A stretch of 64,000 nucleotides of DNA from Hemiscyllium ocellatum (taxonomy: Eukaryota): NCBI RefSeq assembly GCF_020745735.1, contig NC_083401.1, forward strand, positions 143,217,740 to 143,281,739, read 5' to 3'. The translations under genes and the position numbers were made by a program. Below the pieces are notes generated by a model. The model made no database searches. It saw nothing but the letters and a program-made list of their open reading frames with translations, and was not told the DNA's origin. How positions within the stretch are numbered: position 1 is the first letter of the stretch; every line of letters begins with the position of its first letter. Shown one piece after another: positions 49,861-63,199 of this stretch.

Positions 49861-51330
49861 CGTCAGATATGTGGAACAGTCCATCTTCCACAGCTACACT
49901 GGCACCACACCCCACCTTTTCCTCCGCTACATCGATGATTGTATTAGTGCTACCTCATGCTCCCACGAGGAGGTTGAACAGTTCATCCACTTTACTTACA
50001 CCTTCCACCCCGACCTCAAATTTACCTGGACCATCTCAGACTCCTCCCTCACCTTCCTAGACCTCTACATTTCTATCTCGGGCGACCGACTCAACACAGA
50101 CATTTACTACAAACCGACCGACTCCCACAGCTACCTAGGTTACACCTCCTCCCACCCTGCCTCCTGTAAAAATGCCATCCCATGTTCCCAATTCCTCCGC
50201 CTCTGCCGCAACTGCTCCCAGGAGGACCAATTCCACTACCGAACAAATGGCCTCCTTCTTCAAAGACCACAATTTCCCCTCCGACGTGGTCAATGATGCT
50301 CTCCACCACATCTCCTCCCCTTCCCACACCCCTGCCCTTAAATCCAGCCCCTCCAATCACCACCAGAAAAGAACCCCACTGGTCCTCACCTTCCACCCCA
50401 CCAACCTCCGGATACATCGTATGATTCTGTGTCATTTCCGCCACCTCTAGCCAGACCCCACCACAAAGGATATATTTCCCTCTCTACACCTATCAGCATT
50501 CAGGAGAGACCACTCCCTCCGCGACAACCTCGTCAGGTCCACACCCCCCACCAATCCAACCTCCACTCCCAGCACCTTCCCCTGCAACCAAAAGAAGTGC
50601 AAAACTTGCGCCCACAGCCCCCCCCCACCTCACCTCCCTTCAGGGCGCCAATGGATCCTTCAATATCCGTTGCAAATTCACCTGCACTTCCCCACACATA
50701 ATTTACTGTATCCACTGCACCCGATGTGGTCTCCTCTACATTGGGGAGACAGGCCGCCTACTTGCGGAATGTTTCAGGGAACACCTCTGGGACACTCGCA
50801 CCAACCAACCCAACCGCCCCATGGCTGAACACTTTAACTCCCCCTCCCACTCTGCCAATGACATGCAGGTCCTTGGCCTTCTCCATCGTCAGACCCTGGC
50901 CACATGACGCCTGGAGGAAGAGCGCCTCATCTTCCTCCTAGGAACCCTCCAACCACACGGGATGAATGTAGATTTCTCCAGCTTCCTCATTTCCCCTCCC
51001 CCCACCTTATCTCAGTCCTAACCCTCGGATTCAGCACCGCCCTTTTGACCTGCAATCTTCTTCTCGACCTCTCAGCCCCCACTCCCTCTCCAGCCTATCA
51101 CCTTCACCCTCACCTCCTTCCACCTATTGTATTCCCAGCAGCCCTCCCCAAATTCCCTCCCCCTTACCTTTTATCTCAGCCCACTTGGCACACCAGCCTC
51201 ATTCCTGAGGAAGGGCTTGTGCCCAAAACGTCGATTCTCCTGCTCTTCGGATACTGCCTGGCCTGCTGTGTTTTTCCAGCACCACATCTTTCAACTCTGG
51301 TACTCCAGCATCTGCAGTCCTCACTTTATC
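49861..51330 (+). mobile_element. Penelope-like element, 5'-truncated (RT C-terminus, GIY-YIG endonuclease, terminal repeat)
   Basis: FLRYIDDCI, FLDL, TDIYYKPTDSHSYL and IIYCIHCTRCGLLYIGETGR. 15-bp TSD CTACTCCTGC(T/C)ACTT at 49846-49860 and 51331-51345. Confidence 0.92.
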
Positions 51331-53374
51331 CTACTCCTGCCACTTGTTCTTACGTTCTTGTAAAGGAATTTCATTTGTCACTGCTTGCCATTAGGTAATC
51401 TCCTAATGAGTTCACATGATTCAGTCCTTTGGATCATTTATTGCAATTTGAATGAGTGACATGTGTGTTTTGGTCTACATATATGAAGGGGAGTTTAACA
51501 ATTAACTTAACAATATTCTGGAGAAACTTCTGAAGAAAGGTCATTGGACTCAAACTCTATTTAGATGCTGCCAGATCTTTGAGTCTCACACATGGGCTGT
51601 GCCTGTGAATGACTTGAGGTCCTTCACGAAGCAAATGCCTCCATCAGATACTTTCACAATACAGGTTGAAAATATCTCGAATCGTAATACCCAGCATGTG
51701 AAATGTATGCAGAGCACAGCTATGTAGGATACAAATCCTGGTCACAAAAAATCTTGACAAAGTCATTGGCAATTATAAATTTATCATAGTCACCTTACAT
51801 TTTATCCCAGCTGATGCTAATCCTCAAAAATTCAGATATCAAACTAAAATCTGATTTCGTAGGTCATATTTTGTTTTTCTTTCATTTAATGTGGTGGGTC
51901 TTTAAATTCAATAAAAACACACAATGCTACAGGTTTGGCTTTAACAATAAAGCATGTTTATTACACAAAAGAAATGAAGATAAAATAAAATAAGCCAATC
52001 TATTTGCACATAACACAAACACACAACAGAACAAAATCTGATCTATCCCAGTAACGTCACTTTACAGTCATTAAATATCAGAGAGTATGAGAAAGAAAGA
52101 GAGAATTCCCTTTTCTATCACCTCCATAGGTTTGGCTTAATTGTTTCTTTCAATTCCCTGTCTTGAGAACTTGATAGCTTCTTATTTGATTATTCACACA
52201 ACAAAAATAAACTTAAATTTAAACTTTCTTAGCTTTAAATAACCCCTTCAGTTTCTAACACTTTACTGAATTTACCTATTTTCTGTGCTAAATTAGCTAT
52301 TTTTTTTCCAAGGAAAGGCAAAAAAGGTTATTGCCTCTAACCTCATGTCAGATCTTGTAAAAGCTATCCCGAAATGTATTTTCCACCTACCGGTTCTCCT
52401 AAGCTAAAACAAAATTAATTATCAATTCTTCTGATCTAAAAGCAAGCTAATGTCTTTGATGCTTGCTCTCTCCAATCATAAAATTTTCCCAAAGCAAATA
52501 AAGACATATTATCACTCTAAGAAGATCCTAGTCAAATGTCCTCTGACACATACTGCTTTAAAAATCAATATTCCATAAATACTGGCAAGTTAATCATTAA
52601 ACCCCTCATACATATAAACCAAACCCACATGCCACTCTTTCAATATCCAAGCTTTAAAATAAATGTCATTAATGTACATAGAAATCCTGCACCTTATACG
52701 GCCTCTGTGAAGCAGAAGTAATCATAGGTGACCTTTAAAGAGTTGTCTGTGGGCCACAATTCATAGAAATAAGCCAAAACCTCTAAAACTGCACAAATGC
52801 ATGATTTCCTCTCACTTTAACTATATGACAACATGATTTTACATGAAATGCTGCCTTTTTTGAGTGAGGTGGAGGTGTGGGAACAATCCTACAGCACTTC
52901 TAAGCTCCTCATTGGCCTGTTTGTCAGAGTATTCCATGTATTACCATATGGACAGTTATGCTGAACTGCCATTTGAGTGCGATACAGATGCTAACCACTC
53001 ATGCTACTAAGAATGTGTTCTGTTTCTAATGTTCTCCATAAAACCCTTTGTAACTGACTGATGTATCTAGCCAAAGCAGGCCTTCTCATTGTAATGAACT
53101 GATGTCATAAATTCACAGAGAAACTGGGGTCAAACAAATGACCCAACAAGTCCAGGATTGGTGTAAACCTCCAGTGGATATTAAACAGCCTCCATATGAA
53201 AAGATCATAGTTAAAGGTCCCCTTAGCATGTACAGGATGTACAGAAGCTTCAGAGTCTATCATCTTCAATACCGTTTCTTATCCTGAAGTTATTGGCAAT
53301 TCCCACAAAATATGGTCATCTGCTGCTGTGTACTCTACAAAATATCTCTTCGAAACCTCAAGTGATCAAAACCA

Positions 53375-54300
53375 GCCCAGAAGATCACATAGACCATGTG
53401 CTATCCATGCACAAACTTGTCTTCTCTGTGATGTAATCTCTGCCTCAGTAAGGAACCAATCCAGCTATATATTGAAGGCATATAGAGAATTAGGCTCATG
53501 CACAGTGACCAGAAAAGTATTGCAGTGGCTCACGATTCTTTGGGAAAAGAAAATCTGCATAACATCCAAGCTGTTATGACACTTTCAGTATAAACTCAGT
53601 TCCTTGGTATTCCCAACCTATTGGATTTAAATTGTCAATCAATTAAGACACTATCCAGCCTGTTAATTATCTTATACACCTCTGATAGATCTCCTCTAAC
53701 ATACGCTGCTTTAAACTTTATGGTTGAAAGTCCTTGAGTCGACTTGAGTAACTAATGTTAAATGTTATATTGCTTATGCATTCTTCTAATCAAAATGGAC
53801 AAGTTCTCATTTATTCTCACAACACACACCATCTGTTAAACTTTTGCCTACATTCATAACATGACTATATCCCTTTGCAGACTTTACCTCCTCATAATGG
53901 CTTATTTTCTTGCCTATCTTGGTGTCATCAGCAAATTTAGCTAAAGTACATCCAGTACCCACATCTAAATTATTGATGTAGATTGTAAATAGTTGAGAAC
54001 CTTCCAATGAACTCTATGGAACTTCACTCATGTCAGCTGAACAACTAGAAAAAGACTTTCTACTTTCTGTCAGCCAACCATTCCTGTATCTATGTAAATA
54101 TGCTTCCTCTTACACCACGTCAACTCATCCTATGTGGCAACCTTTCTTTTGGCACCTTATCAAAAGACTTTAGAAATTCAACTACACCACATGTACAAGG
54201 TCCCCTCTATTCATCATGAATGTTACTTCATCTAAAAACTCAAGAAGGTTAATTAAAAATGATTTCCTTTTTACAGAGCCATGTTGTCTAAAGCAGATTG
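53375..54300 (-). mobile_element. Old CR1 RT/3' fragment
   Basis: LFTIYINNLD..AKFADDTKIG in ORF 53807-54007. Confidence 0.8.
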
Positions 54301-55056
54301 CCATGTCACCTCTTGCTCTTGTTTATTAAAAGAAATGGAGCTCCGCACTTCTGAGAAGAAATTCCAATTAGGGTTCCTTTAGAAAGGTGGAGCCACATGT
54401 ACTGCAGAAATGTTAGGAAAAGTGAAACTATCATCCTTTTCACAGCAGTCAGTTGCAATGTTCTGACATTTAAAGGGCCTGATGGCCACTTTGACAACTG
54501 CTGATGAAAGGTAAGTACATAAGGTAAGTGTGACAGTAAGATGCTGGGAGGATAGAGTGCCAGATAATTAGGGTGTCAAGTAGGAAGAACACCTACTGGG
54601 AAGAGGGATAGGGTGCCAAGTGAGTAAAGTTCCAGAGTGCAAGGCGCAAGTGGGGAGCAGGTAAGTGATGCACTGTTCAGGGTGCATGAGCATGTGTGGG
54701 AAAAATGAGTACTAATGGGTTTAGTGAGGATAGGTGGTTTTGGAGGGTGGGTGATTTTGGAAGTGCGCAAAATGGGATCTTCAGTGGGCGTTGGATCTGG
54801 AGATGGGGAGGGTTGTATGATATTCAGCAAGGGAAGGGAGGAATGTGACCAGCAGTAGGGGAAGGAGTGAAGGGTACTGAGTTGAAGAAAGGGTGAAAAT
54901 GTCCAGTGGTAGGGCAAAGGGTGACAGATATAGAGTGGGGAAGAAAGTGTGTACTAGGCAGTAAAGGGGAAGGGTATGTCTTGAAGTGAGGGAGACAGAA
55001 CTGGCAAAATTGAGTTGGGTGTGGACTAGAAGAAGGGTTTGGCCTGGCCTGAAAAG

Positions 55057-55472
55057 GAGAGAGGCTGAACAGGCTGGGGCTGTTTTCCCTGGAATGTTGG
55101 AGGTTGAGGGGTGACCTTATAGAGGTTTACAAAATTATGAGGGGCATGGATAGGGTAAATAGACAAAGTCTTTTCCCTGGGGTTGGGGAGTCCCGAACCA
55201 GAGGGCATAGGTTTAGAGTGAGAGGGGAAAGAAATAAAAGGGACCTAAGGGGCAACTTTTTCACGCAGAGGGTGGCACATGTATGGAATGAGCTGCCAGA
55301 GGAAATGGGGGAGGCTGGTGCAATTGCAACTTTTAAAAGGCATTTGGATGGGTATATGGATAGGAAGGGTTTGGAGGGATATGGGCCAGGTGCTGGCAAG
55401 TGGGACCAGATGATGTTGGGATATCTGGTCGGCATGGACAGGTTGGACTGAAGGGTCTGTTTCCATGCTGGA
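55057..55472 (+). mobile_element. CR1/HER1-type LINE 3' end
   Basis: RGDLIEVYKIMRG..NFFTQRVAHVWNELP. Similar to 48427-48840. Confidence 0.93.
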
Positions 55473-55694
55473 CATTAATATTTAGAAGTGGGTGTAGAAC
55501 TATTAATCATTGGTTTGAAATAGCCACTCATAATCAGAACAGCCCAAATTATATTTGAATTATTAATCACTGGAATTGATAATCTGCTACAGTTCTGAAC
55601 ATTATGGAGAGGAACAGTATACTTGAAATTTACCCATCGTGATTTAGTTTTCATAACTAATTTCAGGTTGACACTGTTCACATAAATTTGTTTT

Positions 55695-56004
55695 AAGTTC
55701 ATTCTGAGCATGCCACTGGCTAGGCCAACATTTATCACCTATCCTGATTTGCCCTGGTGACATTTAAGAGCCAATCACATTTCTATTGGCCTGGAGTAAC
55801 ATGTAGACCAGACTGTGTAAAGGTGACAGATTTCCCTCCTTAAAGGACGTGCATGAACCAGATGGGTTCATCTGACAGCCAGGCAGTAATTTCATGGTCA
55901 TTATTAGAGTCTTAATTTTAGATTTTTATTGAATTCAAATTCCACTATCTGCCTTGGCGATTGGAAGCCTGGTCCCCAGACTATTACATAGGTCTCTGCA
56001 TTAT
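55695..56004 (-). mobile_element. SINE-B copy, interrupted by HE1
   Basis: Collinear with 31895-32222. Confidence 0.7.
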
Positions 56005-56318
56005 GGGCGGCACGGTGGCACAGTGGCTAGCACTGCTGCCTCACAGCGCCTGTAGACCCGGGTTCAATTCCCGACTCAGGCGACTGACTGTGTGGAGTTT
56101 GCACGTTCTCCCCGTGTCTGCGTGGGTTTCCTCCGGGTGCTCCGGTTTCCTCCCACAGTCCAAAGATGTGCGGGTCAGGTGAATTGGCCAAGCTAAATTG
56201 CCCGTAGTGTTAGGTAAGGGGTAAATGTAGGGGTATGGGTGGGTTGCGCTTCGGCGGGTCGGTGTGGACTTGTTGGGCCGAAGGGCCTGTTTCCACACTG
56301 TAAGTCTAATCTAATCTA
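56005..56318 (+). mobile_element. Young HE1-type V-SINE
   Basis: Intact A box TGGCACAGTGG and B box GGTTCAATTCC, CpGs retained, (CTAAT)n tail. Confidence 0.93.
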
Positions 56319-56569
56319 AATTAGTATCACATATGGTAATATCACATATGATAAAATGCCTACAGTTAAAAAATTGTATTCCATGCGCTGACAAGAGGGA
56401 CAAATACGACAAAAGCAGAAATATTCACAATATGCAGTCAGCCACCAGACCAGAGCATTTGCAACTGATTCTGCAGGCAGCTGCCTGTGATGACAGAGTG
56501 CTATTCCAGCTTGGTTTCCCCTTTCCTGATGGCAGGTTAAATCTGGCATTCAGTCAAGAAGATGTGTAT

Positions 56570-57285
56570 TGGGGAGGTGATGGCCTAATGGCGTTATTGC
56601 TGGATAATTCATCCATTATTGGATTAATTCAATATTAGATTATCTACAGTTAACAAGTCCACACCGACCCGCTGAAGTGGAGCCCACCCAATATTTACCC
56701 CTAACCAATCCACCTAACACTATGTGCAATTTAGCATGGCCAATACACCTAACCTACACATATTTGGACTGTGAGAGGAAACTGGAGCACCCAAAGGAAA
56801 CCCACGCAGACAAGGGGAGAATGTGCAAACTCCACACAGACAGTTGCCCGAGGCAGGATTTGATCCTGGGTCCCTGGCACTGTGAGGCAGCAGTGCTAAC
56901 CACTGTGCCACTGTGCCACCATACCACCCCTTTCTTTTGTTTTTAAACATTTTATTACCTTTCTTAAAACATTTTCTTTTTTTTAACTACGACACTTTCC
57001 ATATTCTGGGAATCTGGGTTTGAATCTTACTATGGTAGATAGTGAATTTGAATGCAATTTTAAAAAGTATTTGCAATTAGGAGTCTAATGGTGACCATGA
57101 AAAAGACATTGTTAATTATTGGCGCGGGGTGGGCGGGAAAACCCATCTGGTTCACTATTGTCCTAGACGGAAACTGCCAACCTTACCTGGTCTGGCCTAC
57201 GTGAGTCTCCAGGCACATAACAATGTGCTTTAGCGATGGGCCTGGACAGTGACCCCTACATCATCTGCCTGAATGAATTTTTAAA
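56570..57285 (+). mobile_element. SINE-B copy containing a minus-strand HE1 (about 56635-56925)
   Basis: Head GGGAGGTGATGGCCTAATGG, then reverse HE1, then GGTTTGAATC..CCATCTGGTTCACTA..GGTCTGGCCTAC. Confidence 0.75.
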
Positions 57286-59559
57286 AAGTCATACTGTAAG
57301 CAACCAATCCTATTGAAATATTCACGAATTTAAAAGTGCTGATTATTAGGTGCTAATTTTTCTCAGTGAAATTAATCATAATAATTGGATCAACAAAAGC
57401 TAACATAAGCAAACTTTTAAAGACGTACATGTAAAAATGTCATTATTTTAATAATTGAGGAAGTTTGGTAACCCCCCAACCATAAAAATTGCTCCCCAGG
57501 TGCTTTGCAGTACTTCTAAAGTGTGGCGGTGATTCTGAAGTTAAACTTTGTTATGTCTCATTCAACAATGTCAATTTTTTTTCAAGGGCTTTTAGAGAGA
57601 AATTAAAGGCATGTCAATGCAAGTTCTGAGCAGTTCACGATTGTAGTGGCGAGAAGAGCGCTGAACCTCTCAGCAGAAGCTCGTGAACAATACATCTTGC
57701 GGAAAGGGAGAGAAAAAAGTTTGTGGAGGGAATAGGGCGATAAGGTAAGGAAGACTAGAAAGTACTCCTTTCTCTTGCGTGTTAGCTGCGCTCGTTCTAA
57801 TGTTTATTTGCCATTGCAGATTTGGAGCTGGATTTATCTCTTAAAATAGACTTTCTTTGCCCTCCCCCTCCTCGGAACATGATTGCAACTCCTCTCGGAG
57901 GCAAATAAGCGGCGCCTAAAGTTGGTTTTCTCTCTGCACCGGGATGTAAATTGAAAGCAAAAGGAGAGATGGAGCGAAATGAGTGGCGCCTGCAGCCTCC
58001 CTGGAGGGTGTGTGAAATCATCCTTGCTGTCAGCGTGACCGTGCAAGCGGTGGGAAATCGCTCACGTCGATTGCTTAAATGTTACCCACTGTAATTCAAT
58101 GCGCAAGAGCAGCAGAACTGGATCCAACCATTGAGAGCTGACACAACAGATGCAACTCCACGAGACGGGGAAAATTCCGAAACCTCTATATGAATAGGCA
58201 TTCAACCCAAAAGCAATTTGTAGAGGAAGCGTTCATGTGAGTGCAAGTTGTGTGAGGCGGAGATCTTCCCAGACCGCTGTGTGTAAGCGGGAGGAGTGTG
58301 CTGCACAGAATGGCCATTATAGTCTGCGCTTGGCCGCTGGCTTTGCTTGTAGGAGCCATTCATGTGCGTGCCGTATGTTATCCGATGAATTACACTTTTT
58401 GTTCCTTCCCTTTAAACCTTTCTTAATGTCTGTGCCCGTGACAGGTATCATTAGCTCATGCGGATAAAGCGGCTGCAGAGTAGCAGGCTTTCAATTAACC
58501 CCAACAACTGTTCAAAAGACAAATGGAAATCTCATTATACACCCAGCTCCTTGATAGAGCCGTTAATGCCATATCGCTTGGCAGTACTATGGGAGCTGGA
58601 GACGGCACCGCGAAGGGCTTTTATTTTGGCGATATTCCTGCTTCGACAAACTTAAGTGAAGCACTTCCACAATCCACTACAGCGCGACAATAAAGCTGGA
58701 AATAAACTTGAGAGTGTCCAGTTTACTAAGTGCTGGGATAAGGAAGAATGATCCTTTGGTGCAGTAGCAGGTGAAGTGGCTTTTCCTTTCACAATGGTCA
58801 GCGTGCCGAATGCCTTTGGCTGATGGACACGGTGTGCAATGAGATTGAGAGCGCGATCTGAGCCTGCTCCCAGCTCACCTGGCAGAGCCTGTGTCGTCAG
58901 GACGCTGCCGGCAATCTCTGAAAAGGGGGATTTACTCTCTTTGGTAATCCTGCTCGGCTGAACCAGCGCTCTCTCATTATACAGCTGTGTGGCAGCTCCT
59001 GTTGAAAATCCATTAAGGATTGATATAGTGTTGTACAATCACTCGGAGTTTGGTATGGTGATCAGAGATGTTACACACTCGGTCGTTTTTCAGTGTATTA
59101 CATTAGGTTTTCCCAGTAATCCAACGTCGGATGATACAATTGCTGGTTAAATAAGAGAGGGGGGAGTTCATGTGACCGACAATTATTCAGCAATACACAA
59201 AAGCAATATATAACGATATCACATATTGGCTACGGTCAAGGCACAATAGGTTTGATTATGAACACCCAGAACTTTAGGCCCGCAGCTGCTCATGATCTGC
59301 ACTTTCCCCGTAACCAAGGCATATGATTGTTTTGCTCTGATTTCCAAAATGACATCACATTTCCTCACTTATATATTAAGGGTTGGTGATAAATCATTTA
59401 AACTGTCAGCCAACCTGGAAAATCAAATAGCTCAGATTCGCCCTGTTGATCAAGGGTAGGCTGCGGAATTTGCTTCCAAGTCTAAAATTTGAAAAGGGGT
59501 CTCCCATGGGAAATCTAAGCTTTGCTGTTTTCGCGTTCATTACATTTACCCTCATGCCT

Positions 59560-59720
59560 CTGTCATTGCCCCAGGTCTTCTCAGCGGAAACACTTATTCA
59601 TGTTTTTGTTACCTCTGGAGGTGACTATTTCAAAACAGTTTTGGCTAGCATCTTATGGTCTACCTTCCATAAACGAGAGGTAAGCAGAAACCCTGCTTAA
59701 GCATTCACTCCCTCACAGCT
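59560..59720 (+). mobile_element. L2 ORF2 fragment
   Basis: AETLIHVFVTSGGDY (cf. AETLIHAFVTSRLDY). Confidence 0.65.
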
Positions 59721-59889
59721 TTGTGCCTAGTCTGTACGACTTACAAACACTGCACTGCAGAAAAAGGGCAAAGCTCCTTTGACGACACCGTCATACTGAG
59801 CTTGAACTGTATATACAGTACAGCAAAGATGTAATATGGCTTTTTGAATAAAGAAATTAATAAGGCCAGAGAATATACGGTCAGCATAC

Positions 59890-60585
59890 AATGGAAGAAT
59901 CAATTTCTAGCTGGCATTAAGGAAAAAAAATGGGAGCACGAATAAGTTATTCAGTGACAGAAAATGAGAAGTGGCGTTCTCCAGTATCAACGCTGGGACA
60001 CGTCAGAGGCAACCATTCTTCGTTCTTTTCACATACACCCGTTAGACTTTGCTGTGCTCGAAGTTCCCAGAAGAATGTATAATAAGCTGCTACTTACTCC
60101 TTTTCAGTTCATAAATAACTAAACAATTTGAACATTGGAATCAATTTCTAAATTTGGCAATGGGACTAAATTGGTGAGGATGGTTGATATGGAATTGCAC
60201 TGCATTATGTTGCAGGAGGATATTAATAAACCTGTAAAATGAGCAAATAACTGACAAATGAAGTTCACCTCAGAGTAATGTGAGGTAATATGTTTGTTAG
60301 GGAGAATGTTTAAATCACCTACTGCTCAAAAAAATGTAAGACCAAGCCCAGGAGAGAAAAGAAGTGATTTTGAAGAATAAATACCTATGAGTCACTAAAC
60401 ATTACAGGCAATGATCAAAGTAAACCAAGGATGAATCTGTATTTCAAGACGATAGAATTAAGAAGCACAGAAGTTATGCTAAGCCCATATTGAACCTTGT
60501 TTTGGCCACACTTTCTAGAGTACTGTGTGTCCAAATCTTGTCATCATATTAATTAAAAGTTCTGGAGAGCTTTGCATATGAAGAA
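59890..60585 (+). mobile_element. Very old CR1 RT remnant
   Basis: Decayed SGV.Q..LG, KF...TKL and RPH.EYCV motifs. Confidence 0.5.
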
Positions 60586-61068
60586 GGTTCACTAATGTGG
60601 AAACTGCCATCCTTATTTGGTCTGGCCTACATGTGACTCCAGATCACAGCAATCGGGCAGCATGGTGACTCCATGGTTAGCACTGCTGCCCCACAGTGCC
60701 AGGGACCCAGGTTTAACTCCGCCCTCCTTCTTGTGGAGTTTGTATGTTTTCCTCATATCTGCATGGGTTTTCTCTGTGAGAGAAAACGTCCTCTGAATTT
60801 CCTCTCATAGTCCAAAGATGTACAGATTAGGTGGTCATGCTAAATTGCCCATAGTGTCCAGGGATATGCGGGCTAAATGGATTAGCCATGGAAAAATATA
60901 GGGATAGGGTGAGTCTGATGGGTCGTCAGAGGGTCGGTATGGACTTGATGGGTTGGATGGCCTTCTTCCACACTGTAGGGATTCAATGATTATATGACTC
61001 ACAACAGACGTCTGGGCAATTAGGGATGTGCAATAAATCTGGCCAACCCCACATCACGCGAATGAAAA
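60586..61068 (+). mobile_element. SINE-B 3' part with a nested HE1 SINE (about 60655-60990)
   Basis: GGTCTGGCCTACATGTGACTCCAG, then HE1, then GGGCAATTAGGGATG.GCAATAAAT. Confidence 0.8.
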
Positions 61069-62435
61069 AATTGATAACATGAAGGAAAGAAGTAAATGAT
61101 TGTGCACAAATTATTTAATCATTGAAGAAAGGGAAAGTATTTGAAAGTTACAAGATTCTAAATGATGTTTTTATCATTACCAATGAATTGGTTAATGAAT
61201 GTAATGCCCACACTGAAAATATCCAGACAAAAATACTTTGTCCTTCCACATACTCCCATCAGAGTTTGCCTGCTCAGAGTTCCCATAAGAATCTGTAAGG
61301 ATTGGTGCTTACTCCTACTTAGCTCGGTGTGTGGAGGGCACAGCAACTTTCAATGCTGCAAATCCCTATTACTTGTGTAGTTTACTATTTGATGTATGGA
61401 CATGTGCCCAGTGAGAAGTGACAGATAAATCATTACAGTAAGATCACATTTGGATTATTGAGAGAAGATAGTCCATATCCATTTCAGTGACACCAGTAAT
61501 GTTTATTAAGTATATTAAGGAGATGGTAAGAGAGGACATTTCTCAAACCTTACATACGGCAGTCTCAGTTCCATATTATCTAATGTCACCATGAAATGGC
61601 TTCTTATTTACAAGTTAAGTTGCTGTTATGGGAGTAAAAGTAATTTTAACCTTTTACTCCATAATCCCCCTCCAAGTCCTTATTCCCATTTACGATTTAT
61701 AAAACCTCTTACTACCCTGCCATCCCCAAGTGAACATTTTGAAGTTATGGAGAGTCTGGCTGCTTCAAACACATTCTCTGGGAGTCTTCATCCTTAGTCT
61801 TTTATTAGTGACTATTTTACCATAGTTTCTTCCTGAGTATCAGTGTATACAGCCCAACCAGATACATTCTTTTTCAGAAAAATCAAGAAATTCCTTTGGA
61901 TCATGACATTTTCTACTCAGATGTGATAAGATCTCAATTGTTACAACCTGGTGATGAAGGTATACTCCCATCGCTGGTCCCTGAACCAAACTTGTTTTCC
62001 CCTTTCTTATGTGGGCAGGACTAACACCCTGAGTCTCTGGTTGAATATGCCTGTTTGATTGCATTCTTCTTTCTGTTGTGCTCGTCTTCAATTCGATGCA
62101 TGACATCAGTGCAGGATGGAAAACCATTCTTTAACAGCAAAGAATTGTACCTGAGTAGGGCTAAATGGAAATATTCAATTTTCATCATGAGTATTTTACA
62201 GTATGTAACTCTCATTTGGCTTCACTGTTGACCAGAGTATACCTTTTATTATTCATTCAGTGGATATGGTCATTCCTGCCTGGGCAAGTACATATTGACC
62301 ATCCATAACTTCCCTTGAGAAAGTCATTGTGAACTGCCTTCTTGAAATGCTCATAACGAGAAAATTCCAAGAAGTAGACTCGGCAACAGTGAAAAAAATG
62401 TTGATGTAGTTCTAAGTGGGACTTGAAGGACGTAG

Positions 62436-62545
62436 AGATTAGAGTGGTGCTGGAAAAGCACATCATGCAGCATCCGAGGAGCAGGTAAATCAATGTTTCA
62501 GGCAAAAGCCCTTCATTAGGAATAGAGGCAGGGTGCCTGCCTCTA
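62436..62545 (-). mobile_element. Penelope terminal fragment (family A)
   Basis: GTTTCAGGCAAAAGCCCTTCATTAGGAAT, a reverse hammerhead-like core. Confidence 0.75.
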
Positions 62546-62567
62546 TGAGGGGTAGTAGTACATGAAG

Positions 62568-63085
62568 AATGGAGTACAATGTGGATAAATGTGATGTTAT
62601 ACACTTTGGTGTGAAAAACAGAAAGAAGGAGTATTATTTAAATACTGATATAATGGAAAGTATGAATGTACAAAAGGATCTAGGTGTCCCTGTACACAAT
62701 TCAATGAAAGTAAACAGGCAAGTGCAGCAAGGATTTAAGAAGGCAAATAATATATTGGCCTTCCTTGCAAGAGGATTTGAGATCAGAAATATGGATGCCT
62801 TACTACAGTTATACAGAGCCTTGTGAAACTATACCTATAGTTTTGATTTCCCTTCCTTAGAAAGGATGTACTTGTCATACAAGAAGTGTGGCAGAACCTC
62901 ACTAGACAGATATCGGGAGGACAAGATTGTCCTATGAAGAGATGTTGGAACAGCTCAGCCTGTATTCATGGGAATTTGGAAGCATCAGAACATGATCTGA
63001 TTAAAGTGTATAAAATTCTACGAGGGCTGCACATACTAAATGCAGGGAGGATGGTTTTTCAAACCAGGGGTCACAAATTAGGATG
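62568..63085 (+). mobile_element. CR1 ORF2 fragment
   Basis: MEYNVDKCDVIHFG..KDLGV..LLQLYRAL. Confidence 0.85.
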
Positions 63086-63199
63086 TTTTGGACTTATATT
63101 AAAAAAAACTTAACCAAGCCGCAGTGAATTTCAAGAGGGCTGCTTTATCCTATATGGTATCAATCCTCTTTAGCATTGTTGGAGCTGAACTAATTGAGG

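Noticed and set aside
54490-55050. Purine-rich low-complexity tract
   Set aside because: Probably a decayed repeat. I cannot assign it and see no structure.
56005-56090. tRNA-like A/B-box sequences
   Set aside because: These are SINE heads, not tRNA genes.
58652-59038. 128-aa minus-strand ORF
   Set aside because: No recognisable motif and a non-ATG start. It lies in an enhancer-like block.
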